64,000 nt of DNA from an uncultured Caldithrix sp. (GTDB taxonomy: Bacteria > Calditrichota > Calditrichia > RBG-13-44-9), in contig CAYWTB010000016.1 of NCBI GenBank assembly GCA_964461135.1, positions 84 through 64,083 on the forward strand, read 5' to 3'. Made by a program: the position numbers and the translations under genes. Positions 30,945 to 39,927 of the stretch are shown here, in pieces. Numbering within the stretch: the first letter of the stretch is position 1; each line of letters opens with the position of its first letter. The notes beneath the pieces are model-generated. The model was not told where the DNA came from. It made no database searches and was given only the letters and a program-made list of their open reading frames with translations.

Positions 30945-32045
30945 ATGCAAAACCGTTTAACATCTCTGGATGCTTTTCGCGGTATCACGATTGCCGGAAT
31001 GATTCTGGTAAACAACCCGGGAAGCTGGTCTCATATTTATTCTCCGCTGGGCCATGCCAGCTGGCATGGGTGGACACCTACTGATCTTATCTTTCCATTT
31101 TTCCTGTTCATCGTGGGAGTAGCTATTACCCTGTCACAGAAAAAACAGCTCTCTCAACACGATCGAAAATATTTGTATTTAAAGATTTTGAGAAGGACTC
31201 TGATCATTTTTGCCCTGGGAATTGTTTTGAATGCTATTCCAATATCCAGAATTCCTCATCTGCGAATCCCCGGCGTCCTGCAGCGAATTGCCATAGTCTA
31301 TGGAATTTCTGCAGTGATTGCCATGAATACCAATTTTAAAGTCCAGGCCTGGATTACCGCTGGCATTCTACTGCTTTACTGGGGACTAATGAAGCTTATT
31401 CCCGTACCGGGATACGGAGCGGGTGATCTGAGTGTGGAAGGTAATCTGGCCGCTTTTGTGGACAGTCATCTTCTGCACGGTCATATGTGGAAAGCCACCT
31501 GGGATCCGGAAGGAATCCTGAGCACCATACCGGCGGTTGCCACTGCTTTATCCGGCATATTGACCGGACATCTGCTGCAAATGAAGAAAGAGAGGTCGGA
31601 AATTGCCGGCTGGATGTTTGTGATTGGCTGGATGGCCATCGTGGTGGGATTATTCTGGAGCATTGTATTCCCCATCAATAAATCTCTGTGGACCAGTTCT
31701 TATGTGGTATTCACCTCCGGTGCCGCCCTGCAATTCCTGGGCTTCTGTTACTGGCTGATCGATGTAAAAGGAATACAGAAATGGGCATATCCGGCCATTG
31801 TTTACGGAATGAATGCTATTGCAGTGTTTGTGTTGTCGGGTCTGCTGGCGAAATTTCTGGCGTATACTAAACTTACCGGACCGGACGGTAATCCGATATC
31901 GTTGCAGAACTGGATATATAACAATATTTTTGCCAGCTGGGCCAGTCCCATCAATGCCTCACTGTTATTTGCCATTGTAACTGTTCTCTTCTGGCTGGGA
32001 ATGATGATGATTTTGTATCAAAAGAAAATTTTTATAAAAATTTGA
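30945..32045 (+). CDS. Heparan-alpha-glucosaminide N-acetyltransferase-like (DUF5009/DUF1624, NagX-like) membrane protein
   Basis: RLTSLDAFRG, HASWHGWTPTDLIFPFFLFIVG, GVLQRI, DPEGILS, PINKSLWT; many TM helices. Confidence 0.88.
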   Translation: MQNRLTSLDAFRGITIAGMILVNNPGSWSHIYSPLGHASWHGWTPTDLIFPFFLFIVGVAITLSQKKQLSQHDRKYLYLKILRRTLIIFALGIVLNAIPISRIPHLRIPGVLQRIAIVYGISAVIAMNTNFKVQAWITAGILLLYWGLMKLIPVPGYGAGDLSVEGNLAAFVDSHLLHGHMWKATWDPEGILSTIPAVATALSGILTGHLLQMKKERSEIAGWMFVIGWMAIVVGLFWSIVFPINKSLWTSSYVVFTSGAALQFLGFCYWLIDVKGIQKWAYPAIVYGMNAIAVFVLSGLLAKFLAYTKLTGPDGNPISLQNWIYNNIFASWASPINASLLFAIVTVLFWLGMMMILYQKKIFIKI

Positions 32046-32085
32046 AAGCATTTTTTTTGATATCCCGGTAAACCACAGCATTCCA

Positions 32086-32292
32086 TTGACTTGCCGGGTA
32101 AATATTTCTATTTTTAATTTGCTGGGTCAGAAAGTTAAAACGCTGGTCAAAAATAGACAATCCCCGGGAAAATACCGGGTCTTTTGGGACGGTACAAATC
32201 AGGAAGGTCACAAGATCGCCACAGGCGTGTATATATATAAGCTGGAAACGGACCACTTTACCCAATTCCGCAAGATGCTATTAATCCGATGA
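32086..32292 (+). pseudogene. Orphan T9SS/FlgD-Ig CTD remnant
   Basis: IFNLLGQKVKTLV...PGKYRVFWDGTN...ATGVYIYKL...RKMLLIR; lacks the NYPNPFN motif, signal peptide and SD; TTG start. Confidence 0.65.
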
Positions 32293-32333
32293 TTTTTTAA
32301 ATAAAAATGATACATTAAAAACTGGTGGGCAGG

Positions 32334-33587
32334 ATGAAGATTAAAACCGTGATTTTTCTCTTATGGTTTATGTTGGTGGTTATCAGTAATTGCTCGGTGG
32401 AAACACAAAAACAGGAGGTGGTCAGCACCGGCCTGGACAATATCGGAATTGACTACGGCTTTCTGAAACACAGAAAGGTGGGAATTGTAGCCAACCATAC
32501 CGCCTATGATTCACAGGGCAGGTTTATTACAGAGGTATTTCGCTCTTTGAAAGATGTTAAAATTACTGCACTTTTCGGTCCGGAGCACGGGTTCCGGGGC
32601 ATGGCGGAAGCGGGTGCCGGGGTGGATACGGGATACGATTCTTCCCTGAATATACCGGTCTACAGTTTATACGGTAAAACCAGGAAACCCACTCCGGAGA
32701 TGCTGCAGGATGTGGATGTACTGGTATTTGATATCCAGGATATCGGTGCACGCTATTATACCTATATCTCTACCATGGCCCTGGCCATGGAGGCGGCCGC
32801 GGAACTGGGAATCCCATATGTGGTACTGGACCGCCCCAATCCCATTACCGGGATGGCAGTGGAGGGGAATGTGGTGGATACCGCCTATGCCAGTTTTGTG
32901 GGATTGTTTCCCATCGCAGTCCGTCATGGCATGACGGTGGGAGAACTGGCCATGATGTTTAACGGTGAAGGATGGCTGAAGGATGGTATAAAGGCAGACC
33001 TGACCGTAATTCCCATGAAAAACTGGAAGAGGCGAGACTGGTATGATCAAACCGGTTTGAAATTCATAGCCCCTTCGCCTAATATGCCAAATCTGGCTGC
33101 TGCTACCGTATACCCCGGTATTTGCCTGCTGGAAGGGACCAACCTGTCCGCCGGACGGGGCACGTCTGCCCCTTTCCAGAATTTTGGCGCACCGTGGATA
33201 AAAGGTCCGGCACTGGCTGAAGCATTGAATAAACTGAATCTGAATGGTATAAGTTTTAAGGATACCTCGTTTACACCGGAAGCCGTTCCAGGAACGGCCG
33301 ACAATCCCAAATACCGGGACCAGTTATGTTCGGGCATCAGGTTAAAAATCACTGACCGAAACGGCTTTGAGCCTTTTTATACGGGCCTGCAAATAAGTCA
33401 GACACTTCTTCAGCAATATCCGGATAGTTTTAAATTTCGTCCACCTCATTTTGACCGTCTGTGTGGCACTGATTCCATTCGTAAAGCCCTGATGGAGGGT
33501 ACTTCTGTTACTGAGATCCGGGATAACTGGCAGCCGGAATTATCGGAATTTAAGACTATCAGAAAAAAGTATCTGCTGTATGAATAA
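32334..33587 (+). CDS. namZ: Exo-beta-N-acetylmuramidase NamZ (DUF1343/GH171), probable lipoprotein
   Basis: LFGPEHGFRG, DIQDIGARYYTY, VLDRPNP, RHGMTVGELA, SPN, EGTNLSAGRGT; ATG 32334. Confidence 0.92.
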   Translation: MKIKTVIFLLWFMLVVISNCSVETQKQEVVSTGLDNIGIDYGFLKHRKVGIVANHTAYDSQGRFITEVFRSLKDVKITALFGPEHGFRGMAEAGAGVDTGYDSSLNIPVYSLYGKTRKPTPEMLQDVDVLVFDIQDIGARYYTYISTMALAMEAAAELGIPYVVLDRPNPITGMAVEGNVVDTAYASFVGLFPIAVRHGMTVGELAMMFNGEGWLKDGIKADLTVIPMKNWKRRDWYDQTGLKFIAPSPNMPNLAAATVYPGICLLEGTNLSAGRGTSAPFQNFGAPWIKGPALAEALNKLNLNGISFKDTSFTPEAVPGTADNPKYRDQLCSGIRLKITDRNGFEPFYTGLQISQTLLQQYPDSFKFRPPHFDRLCGTDSIRKALMEGTSVTEIRDNWQPELSEFKTIRKKYLLYE

Positions 33588-34575
33588 GCGACGATTCGGG
33601 CATACGGATTTACAGGTAAGCGAGGTTGGTTTTGGTGCCTGGGCCATTGGTGGCCCGTTCCAGGCCGGAGATATTCCTCTTGGCTGGGGAAAAACCGACG
33701 ATGAGGAATCCTGTAAAGCACTTAAGACAGCTGTGGATCGAGGAGTAAATTTCATTGATACCGCCGATTTCTATGGTCTTGGTCATTCCGAAACACTCAT
33801 CGGAAAAACTTTTGGAAATAACCGTGACATAATCATTGCCAGTAAAGTGGGTCATCGCCTGGGTGAGGATGGTTCTATCGTGTTCGATTATTCTAAAGAT
33901 TATATCATGGGAGCCTGCGAGGCCAGTCTGAAACGACTGAAGCGTAATTCCATTGATTTGTATCAGTTACATACTGCCAGAGTATCACATCTCCGGCAGG
34001 GTGATTGTTTGATGGCCATGGAAACATTGCAGAAGGCCGGTAAAATACGCTACTGGGGGACATCGCTTAATACCTACAATCCGTTTCCCGAGGCGGAGCA
34101 TGCGCTGGAGAATAATCTGGGTTACGGCTTTCAACTGGCTCTCAATATTATCAATCAGCGTGCCCTGCCTATTCTGAAGGACGCTTTGGAAAGCGGATTT
34201 GGTATTATTGCCCGCATGCCACTACAATTTGGTTTGCTCAGCGGAAAATTCAGCACAGAGACGACTTTCAGTGAAAACGACCACCGGCATTTCAGACTGA
34301 GACCTCCGGTTATGGAAAAGGCTCTGAATGATCTTAAACCGGTTTGGAAAATGGCTGATAAATATGGAATCTCGCCCGTTCAGTTGAGTTTAAGCTTTAT
34401 ACTCAGCTTTCCGGAAGTCTCAACCGTGATCCCGGGTATCCGAACGGTTGATCAGGCCAACGAAAATTCCACCGGAATTGTAAAGCTGGAACGGGAAGAC
34501 CGGGTCTATCTTCTTGAATATTATGATGAACGTCTGAAGAAACTGCTGGAAATGATGGAACAGAAGGAAGGATGA
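33580..34575 (+). CDS. Aldo/keto reductase
   Basis: GFGAWAIGG, FIDTADFYG, SKVG, SLKRL...IDLYQLH, VIPG; overlaps the namZ stop by 8 nt. Confidence 0.9.
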   Translation: MNKRRFGHTDLQVSEVGFGAWAIGGPFQAGDIPLGWGKTDDEESCKALKTAVDRGVNFIDTADFYGLGHSETLIGKTFGNNRDIIIASKVGHRLGEDGSIVFDYSKDYIMGACEASLKRLKRNSIDLYQLHTARVSHLRQGDCLMAMETLQKAGKIRYWGTSLNTYNPFPEAEHALENNLGYGFQLALNIINQRALPILKDALESGFGIIARMPLQFGLLSGKFSTETTFSENDHRHFRLRPPVMEKALNDLKPVWKMADKYGISPVQLSLSFILSFPEVSTVIPGIRTVDQANENSTGIVKLEREDRVYLLEYYDERLKKLLEMMEQKEG

Positions 34576-34579
34576 ATCG

Positions 34580-34665
34580 GCAGAAAGCTGAAAGCAGAGA
34601 GCAGAAAGCAGTAGGCAGAAAAGCTCAAGGCCCAAGGCTAAAGGATAAGGGACAACAGACAAGGG
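34580..34665 (+). repeat. Degenerate 7-nt tandem repeat array
   Basis: GCAGAAA GCTGAAA GCAGAGA GCAGAAA GCAGTAG GCAGAAA ... GCTCAAG GCCCAAG GCTAAAG GATAAGG. Confidence 0.7.
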
Positions 34666-34738
34666 AAATAGGATAAGTTGGCAGTTACAAACATCCAGTA
34701 ACCAGCATCTTGAAAAAATAATCAGAAGGAAGGTTAAC

Positions 34739-35206
34739 ATGTTTGTTTATTCATTTAAGGTTGCCCTTGATTACAATAAACGTATATACCGAATTATTGA
34801 CATATTGGGAAATCAAACTCTGGATGATTTTCATGGTATAATTTTTCACGCATTCAACAGGTATGATCAACATTTATATGCTTTTTATATCACCAAAACA
34901 GCAACGAAAAGTCTTAGGGCAAGAATTAACGCTACGGAATATGTTCATCCAAGCGGACTCCAGGATTTTTTTTCTTTTTATCCTGTTAAGAAGAAACATG
35001 ATGCATCAAAAGCAAAAATTGGCAACCTGAATCTGCAGATAAAAGATAAATTTTATTACTTATTTGATTTTGGGGACAGCTGGTGGCATGAAATTACCCT
35101 TGAATCCATCCGCGATACCGCGTACACAAAAGGCTATCCCAGGATTACAAAAACATCGGGGGATTCGCCCGATCAATATCCCGAAATAGAAGATGAATTT
35201 GAGTAA
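34739..35206 (+). CDS. pRiA4b ORF-3 family (IS1096 passenger TnpR-like) protein
   Basis: R.I.I....TLDDFH.IIF.AF....HLYAF, YLFDFGDSWWHEI, YPRI....GDSPDQYP. Confidence 0.85.
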   Translation: MFVYSFKVALDYNKRIYRIIDILGNQTLDDFHGIIFHAFNRYDQHLYAFYITKTATKSLRARINATEYVHPSGLQDFFSFYPVKKKHDASKAKIGNLNLQIKDKFYYLFDFGDSWWHEITLESIRDTAYTKGYPRITKTSGDSPDQYPEIEDEFE

Positions 35207-35317
35207 GGATGAATAAAATTAGTGGGCAGTTGGCTGTATTTAAGATCAAAAAACAAAGAAAGAGCGCAAGGGTAAAGTGAAAAGGGTAAAGGCGGAAATA
35301 CATGAAGAATGGGTAGG

Positions 35318-35398
35318 CTTGAGCCTTTAGCCTTTGTCCTTCATCTTTCATCCTTAATCCTTAATCTCGCCTTCGCGCTTTGCGCCATGCGCTATGCG
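35318..35398 (-). repeat. Degenerate 7-nt tandem repeat array, inverted relative to 34580-34665
   Basis: CTTGAGC CTTTAGC CTTTGTC CTTCATC TTTCATC CTTAATC CTTAATC ... CTTTGCG CCATGCG CTATGCG; the first two units are exact reverse complements of GCTCAAG and GCTAAAG. Confidence 0.7.
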
Positions 35399-35447
35399 GT
35401 TAAAGGAAAGTTTTAAAACGATATTTTGAATAAAGCGGATAAAAGAA

Positions 35448-36299
35448 ATGGAAAAATACTGGCTGCATGAAGATGCAGTATCTTACGGTATTGTACAATA
35501 TAGCGTTGTCAACATGCGAGCCCAATCGGTGTTTCAATCGGAACTGGTCAATCAGGTTCTGCTGGGAACCATCGTGCCTGTGCTGGATAAGCGCGATGAG
35601 TTTTATTTGATCCGGAACTGGGATGGATACCAGGGCTGGATCAGCCGGCATGGGCTGGTACCGGGTGACAAAAAACTGGCTGAACGCTGGTTAAAATCCC
35701 AACAGGTTATGGTCAGAGAGAATTACGGGGTAGTTTATTCACAACCACAGGATGAATCGGACATCATCACCGATCTGGTGCCCTGTGCTGTTCTAAGGAA
35801 GACCGGCGTAATTGAAGGTTATGTAACCATTGAAATGCCTGACGGACAGGCCGGTTATGTAAAAAAGGAAATCCTGATTGATAAAGACCAGCAGGAAAAA
35901 ATAGAGATATCCGGTAAAAAAATCATCCGGCAGGCACGAAAATTTCTGGGAATCCCCTATCTTTGGGGCGGTAATTCCAGCAAGGGATTTGATTGTTCGG
36001 GCTTGGTACAAACCGTTTTCCGTTTATTGAATGTTGAACTGCCGCGTGATTCTGGCCCCATGTCCCGCATAGGTGAAACTATTCTCCTGGAAGGAGGACC
36101 TGATAATTTTAAAGTGGGAGATCTGCTCTTTTTCGGTAAATCCGTGAAGCGTATCAATCATGTGGCAATTTACATAGGAGAAGGTTTCTATATTCATTCC
36201 CGCGGTAAGGTGGGAATTAACAGTCTGATCCCGGATCATCCCCTCTACAATGACTACCTCAGATCACTCTTTGTGAAGGTTCAGCGGGTGACGTCTTAA
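35448..36299 (+). CDS. SH3b + NlpC/P60 (C40) peptidase, YkfC/dipeptidyl-peptidase VI-like gamma-D-glutamyl endopeptidase; cytoplasmic
   Basis: SELVNQVLLG..DGYQGWI SH3b; PYLWGG...GFDCSGLV, GDLLFF, HVAIY, YIHS catalytic C/H/H; no signal peptide. Confidence 0.88.
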   Translation: MEKYWLHEDAVSYGIVQYSVVNMRAQSVFQSELVNQVLLGTIVPVLDKRDEFYLIRNWDGYQGWISRHGLVPGDKKLAERWLKSQQVMVRENYGVVYSQPQDESDIITDLVPCAVLRKTGVIEGYVTIEMPDGQAGYVKKEILIDKDQQEKIEISGKKIIRQARKFLGIPYLWGGNSSKGFDCSGLVQTVFRLLNVELPRDSGPMSRIGETILLEGGPDNFKVGDLLFFGKSVKRINHVAIYIGEGFYIHSRGKVGINSLIPDHPLYNDYLRSLFVKVQRVTS

Positions 36300-36340
36300 T
36301 GTTCCAAGCTCAGCTTGGAACCGCTGAGCTTGGAACATTA

Positions 36341-36372
36341 AAAAAAAGGCTGGCCATTAAGGCCAGCCTTTT
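36341..36372. terminator. Bidirectional rho-independent terminator
   Basis: AAAAAAAGGCTGGCC-ATTAA-GGCCAGCCTTTT between convergent genes. Confidence 0.85.
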
Positions 36373-36399
36373 TACATGACGCGGTTCGTGCCTCAATGA

Positions 36400-38754
36400 C
36401 TATCTCATGAGAGTCATTTTGCGCGACTGGACAAAGCTGCCTGCTTTTATGGTATAGATATACATACCGCTGGCAACTTTAAGTCCGCTGTCGTTAGTGC
36501 CATCCCACAGAACTTTATAAGATCCTGCCGGTGTGGATTCATTCACCAGCGTTCTCACTTTCTGTCCCAGAGCGTTGTAGATAACCACCTGCACATTTAC
36601 TGCCTGAGGCAGATCAAAGGCTATCCAGGTTTCCGGGTTAAACGGATTAGGATAGTTCTGCTTCAAAGCAAAGGACTTGGGCAGGTTATTTCCATCATTA
36701 GTTATTCCCAGTGGTACCGAGATTTCATCGGATAAGTTACCCTGGTTACCGTTGAAATCAAAAGCGACCACGCGATAGAAATATCCAGTTCCCTGTACGT
36801 TCTGATCAACGAATGACAGACCGGTGGTTGTACCAACTTCCGTAGCTGGATCTGCGGCATTAAAGCCTGGCTGATCTCCCCTGCGAATTGAGTAATAGTT
36901 AATATCCGGATCAGGCGATTCATTCCAGCTCAATTCCACATTGGAATCCATCACCCGCGCCTGCAGATTCAGGGGTGCAGTGGGAATCAGATTATCTTTG
37001 GACATACCCGTTTTGGGAAATGATTTCCAGTTCACATACGGATCCGGTGTATGAGAGGAGACCACGAAGGTTCCCTGGTAATCCACGCCATCGCCCAGGG
37101 TGGGCACCACGGCAGCATAATAGGGAACCTGCACCGGTACCGTCGAGGCGACCTGCACCGGGTATTGGCCGGCATCAATTCTCCAGACTACATATTGTGA
37201 AATGGTTTCCTGTTCAATATTTGCAGCCGATTCATCTATTCTGACCGGTACCAGCTTCATCCCGTTGATGGTCACATCCGGGAAAGCAAGGTCTTTTGGA
37301 CCGAATACGGCGACAGGTATGGTTCCGTTATTTCCTGATACCTCATCCATTGGTACATCATCCTCAGATGCCTGCCAGATGGTCCAGACCTGACGACCCT
37401 GATCATTGGGTACATCGAGTACATTGGTAATAATAGCCTGGTTTCCCGGAATAAGATCCAGGATCACCAGTGGCTGTGGCGGAACTGTCTGAGTCAAACC
37501 GCGCGGTGTGCCCGTATAAAGCACTTCATCTTCTCCGTCGCCATCCAGATTTGAAATAGCAAAAACATCATACTGTTGCGCAGCGGAAATCCCCTGATCA
37601 ATAACGGTCAGTTCCCAGTTATTGGGATCGGTGATGGTTCCGCCCTGGTATTCGCAGCGATAAATAAGGCCGTTCGGAGTGGATTGGCGGGTACCAAAAA
37701 CAAAGTCCAGATTCCCATCATCATCGATATCACCGGCCGCACCGCCATAGGACCGATATCCGGCAGCAGGAACGTCCTTAATTTTACTGGCCAGCAAAGA
37801 GTCACCGGATTGCTGCAAAAGATAGATGTCATTATCAGCACTACTACCAAAAGAAGCAACAATAATCTCGGATGTGCCATTGTTGTCCACATCCACCACC
37901 TGTGCGGAATTCCATGATCCAAGACCGGCTTTGGCTGAAAGAAGCTTAACCTGGAAAGAATCTCCCGGTGTTACATAGGCCACTTTATAGATATTACCAT
38001 TGCTCTGAATCCCATAAATGACATTGTCCATAACGGTCATATCATAAAATGTTCCGGTTACTCCACTGAATTCCAGGGTCCAGGTCTCAGTGCTGTCTGC
38101 CGCATCGGGAATATCATCCACTGAATACACCTGGATTCCGTCTCCTGCGCGGCAACCGGCCACAAGTTCATCGACCTGGTCATCATCGACATCAGCCACC
38201 ATCCAGCGGAAAGGCCGAAGATCTACCTGAGAACCGGTGGTGATGGTCCACTGGGCATTGGGACGCCAGGTGCCATCAGCATTTTCCACGCCCATGTTAT
38301 CGCTGCCATCGCCCGGGGTTTCATAAACAACGATTCTTTCCGGATTGGGTTGCAATCCACCGCCAAAATTATTGCACGGACCCCAGATAATTTCCATTTT
38401 TCCATCTTTATCCAGGTCGCCGCTGGTGAGGGCGGGCCAGGTATTCTGGAAATTCAGCGGCAGGCGGGTGGACCATACCATCTGCCACATCCCCGCATCA
38501 TCCTTTTCATATTTGTAAATACGGGGAACCAGATCATATCCAATAACATCATACCAGTCACTGTTTGCCGCATAAATTTCCACCCTTCCGTCTTCATCAA
38601 AATCAACTCCGCCAACAAAATAACCAAATCCTCCAACATCCAGCGTATCTTCCTGTATGGTGGCGGACCTGTCAAAACGATCCTGTGCCTGCACCGAAAA
38701 AACCATAAAAACCATTAAAGCAAATATTGCCAGAACATTCAAATAATACTTCAT
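36400..38754 (-). CDS. Secreted FG-GAP/VCBS-repeat protein with FN3 domain and T9SS type-A CTD
   Basis: Repeats DFDEDGRVEI, GDLDKDGKMEI, DVDDDQVDEL, DVDNNGTSEI, GDIDDDGNLDF, NLDGDGEDEV; DVPNDQG; FN3; QNYPNPFNP...KMTLMR. Confidence 0.85.
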   Translation of the reverse strand: MKYYLNVLAIFALMVFMVFSVQAQDRFDRSATIQEDTLDVGGFGYFVGGVDFDEDGRVEIYAANSDWYDVIGYDLVPRIYKYEKDDAGMWQMVWSTRLPLNFQNTWPALTSGDLDKDGKMEIIWGPCNNFGGGLQPNPERIVVYETPGDGSDNMGVENADGTWRPNAQWTITTGSQVDLRPFRWMVADVDDDQVDELVAGCRAGDGIQVYSVDDIPDAADSTETWTLEFSGVTGTFYDMTVMDNVIYGIQSNGNIYKVAYVTPGDSFQVKLLSAKAGLGSWNSAQVVDVDNNGTSEIIVASFGSSADNDIYLLQQSGDSLLASKIKDVPAAGYRSYGGAAGDIDDDGNLDFVFGTRQSTPNGLIYRCEYQGGTITDPNNWELTVIDQGISAAQQYDVFAISNLDGDGEDEVLYTGTPRGLTQTVPPQPLVILDLIPGNQAIITNVLDVPNDQGRQVWTIWQASEDDVPMDEVSGNNGTIPVAVFGPKDLAFPDVTINGMKLVPVRIDESAANIEQETISQYVVWRIDAGQYPVQVASTVPVQVPYYAAVVPTLGDGVDYQGTFVVSSHTPDPYVNWKSFPKTGMSKDNLIPTAPLNLQARVMDSNVELSWNESPDPDINYYSIRRGDQPGFNAADPATEVGTTTGLSFVDQNVQGTGYFYRVVAFDFNGNQGNLSDEISVPLGITNDGNNLPKSFALKQNYPNPFNPETWIAFDLPQAVNVQVVIYNALGQKVRTLVNESTPAGSYKVLWDGTNDSGLKVASGMYIYTIKAGSFVQSRKMTLMR

Positions 38755-38833
38755 TCTACCCCCTATTTTTTTGTTTAAATGAAGAAAAATATGATTTAAT
38801 TAAGTAATGATAAAATAAATTCCTTTTCCCATG

Positions 38834-38846
38834 CACCTCCTTTCTC
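38834..38846 (-). promoter_or_regulatory. Orphan perfect Shine-Dalgarno (candidate STAB-SD), second copy
   Basis: Minus strand GAGAAAGGAGGTG 80 nt upstream of the 38754 start; identical to 11886-11898. Confidence 0.5.
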
Positions 38847-38880
38847 GGTTGAAATTTCAAATTTCCGTTTATGATGACTG

Positions 38881-39927
38881 TTAATAACGTATGGCAAATG
38901 ACACAAATTGAACATTATTCAGGCGGCCGTAATCTGCCCAGCCGAAATCGAATTTCAGATGGGTTCCGGCCACATTATATTTCAAACCGGCACCGAAGGT
39001 CAGGCCCTGTTCACTGTTTTCCAAAAACAGAGATTTGTATCCGGCTCTTAAAAACAAGGTATTGCGTAAGCCCAGTTCCACACCACTATTTATATATTCT
39101 GAGTTATCATTAGGTTGATTCCCGTCCACTGCCGCCAGCAGCTCGATATTTTCATTGGTGATAGCTTTCCATGCCAGGCCGAATTTTAGATTCAGCGGCA
39201 AATCATAACTCTCAATACGATATTCTGCGGCCACATCGGAAACCGAGCCCGGCTGGTTCAGGGGATTATGGTTGATGAAAAGATCCCGGCCATCCAGCTT
39301 CATTTTGGTACCGAAATTGGTAACGGCAGCACCCAGGGTTAAGCTTTTCACCGGCGTCTGGTACAGAATTCCCAGATCGAAAGCCGCCCCCCTGGCAGCC
39401 ACATTGAATATTTTCTCCTGGATAAATTTCCCGGTAAAGCCGATGGAAAAGCGATCGGTCAGATTAATGGCATAACTGGCACCCAGTGCAATCATATTTG
39501 CATCCCATTTCTGGCCGGTGCCCTCGGGAGATTCAATGGTTCTCACATCCTCTTCGGGGGTGCGGAAGGAAATGACCTGCAAACCGATTGCACCGAAACC
39601 ACTGAGGTTCATGGAAACCGCTCCTACATCATAATTTGTTTCGGCCAGCCAGGACGCATGATTGAAAAATGCTTCTCCATTACCGATAACCCGTGATAAA
39701 CCGGCAGGATTCCAGTAAACCGCCATCACATCGGTAGCCAGGGCTGTGTAGGCTCCGCCCATTCCTACTGGTCTGGCACCGGCTGCAATTTTCAGAAATT
39801 GTGCAGCTGTAGTACCCACCCGGTTAATAGAAGATACCCCCTGCGAACTCGATTGGGAATATACCATTTCAGACAGCAACAACATGAGCAGGAAGCAGCA
39901 AATAAGAAAAATGCCCGATTTCTTCAT
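38881..39927 (-). CDS. PorV/PorQ family outer-membrane beta-barrel (paralogue 3)
   Basis: GTTAAQFLKIAAGARPVGMGGA...YWNPAGL, AFDLG, LPLNLKFG, terminal aromatic; start at ATG 39927. Confidence 0.88.
   Translation of the reverse strand: MKKSGIFLICCFLLMLLLSEMVYSQSSSQGVSSINRVGTTAAQFLKIAAGARPVGMGGAYTALATDVMAVYWNPAGLSRVIGNGEAFFNHASWLAETNYDVGAVSMNLSGFGAIGLQVISFRTPEEDVRTIESPEGTGQKWDANMIALGASYAINLTDRFSIGFTGKFIQEKIFNVAARGAAFDLGILYQTPVKSLTLGAAVTNFGTKMKLDGRDLFINHNPLNQPGSVSDVAAEYRIESYDLPLNLKFGLAWKAITNENIELLAAVDGNQPNDNSEYINSGVELGLRNTLFLRAGYKSLFLENSEQGLTFGAGLKYNVAGTHLKFDFGWADYGRLNNVQFVSFAIRY

Noticed and set aside
34580-35398. Possible CRISPR array or IS element
   Set aside because: Repeats are 7-nt degenerate tandem units without spacers; no cas or transposase gene; no target-site duplication seen.
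13214-39927. Calling the three barrels FadL fatty-acid transporters or the housekeeping porV
   Set aside because: The N-terminal FL.I...AR..(A/G)(L/M).GA...NPA motif and context fit PorV/PorQ-family paralogues; no porU is adjacent, so no gene symbol was assigned.
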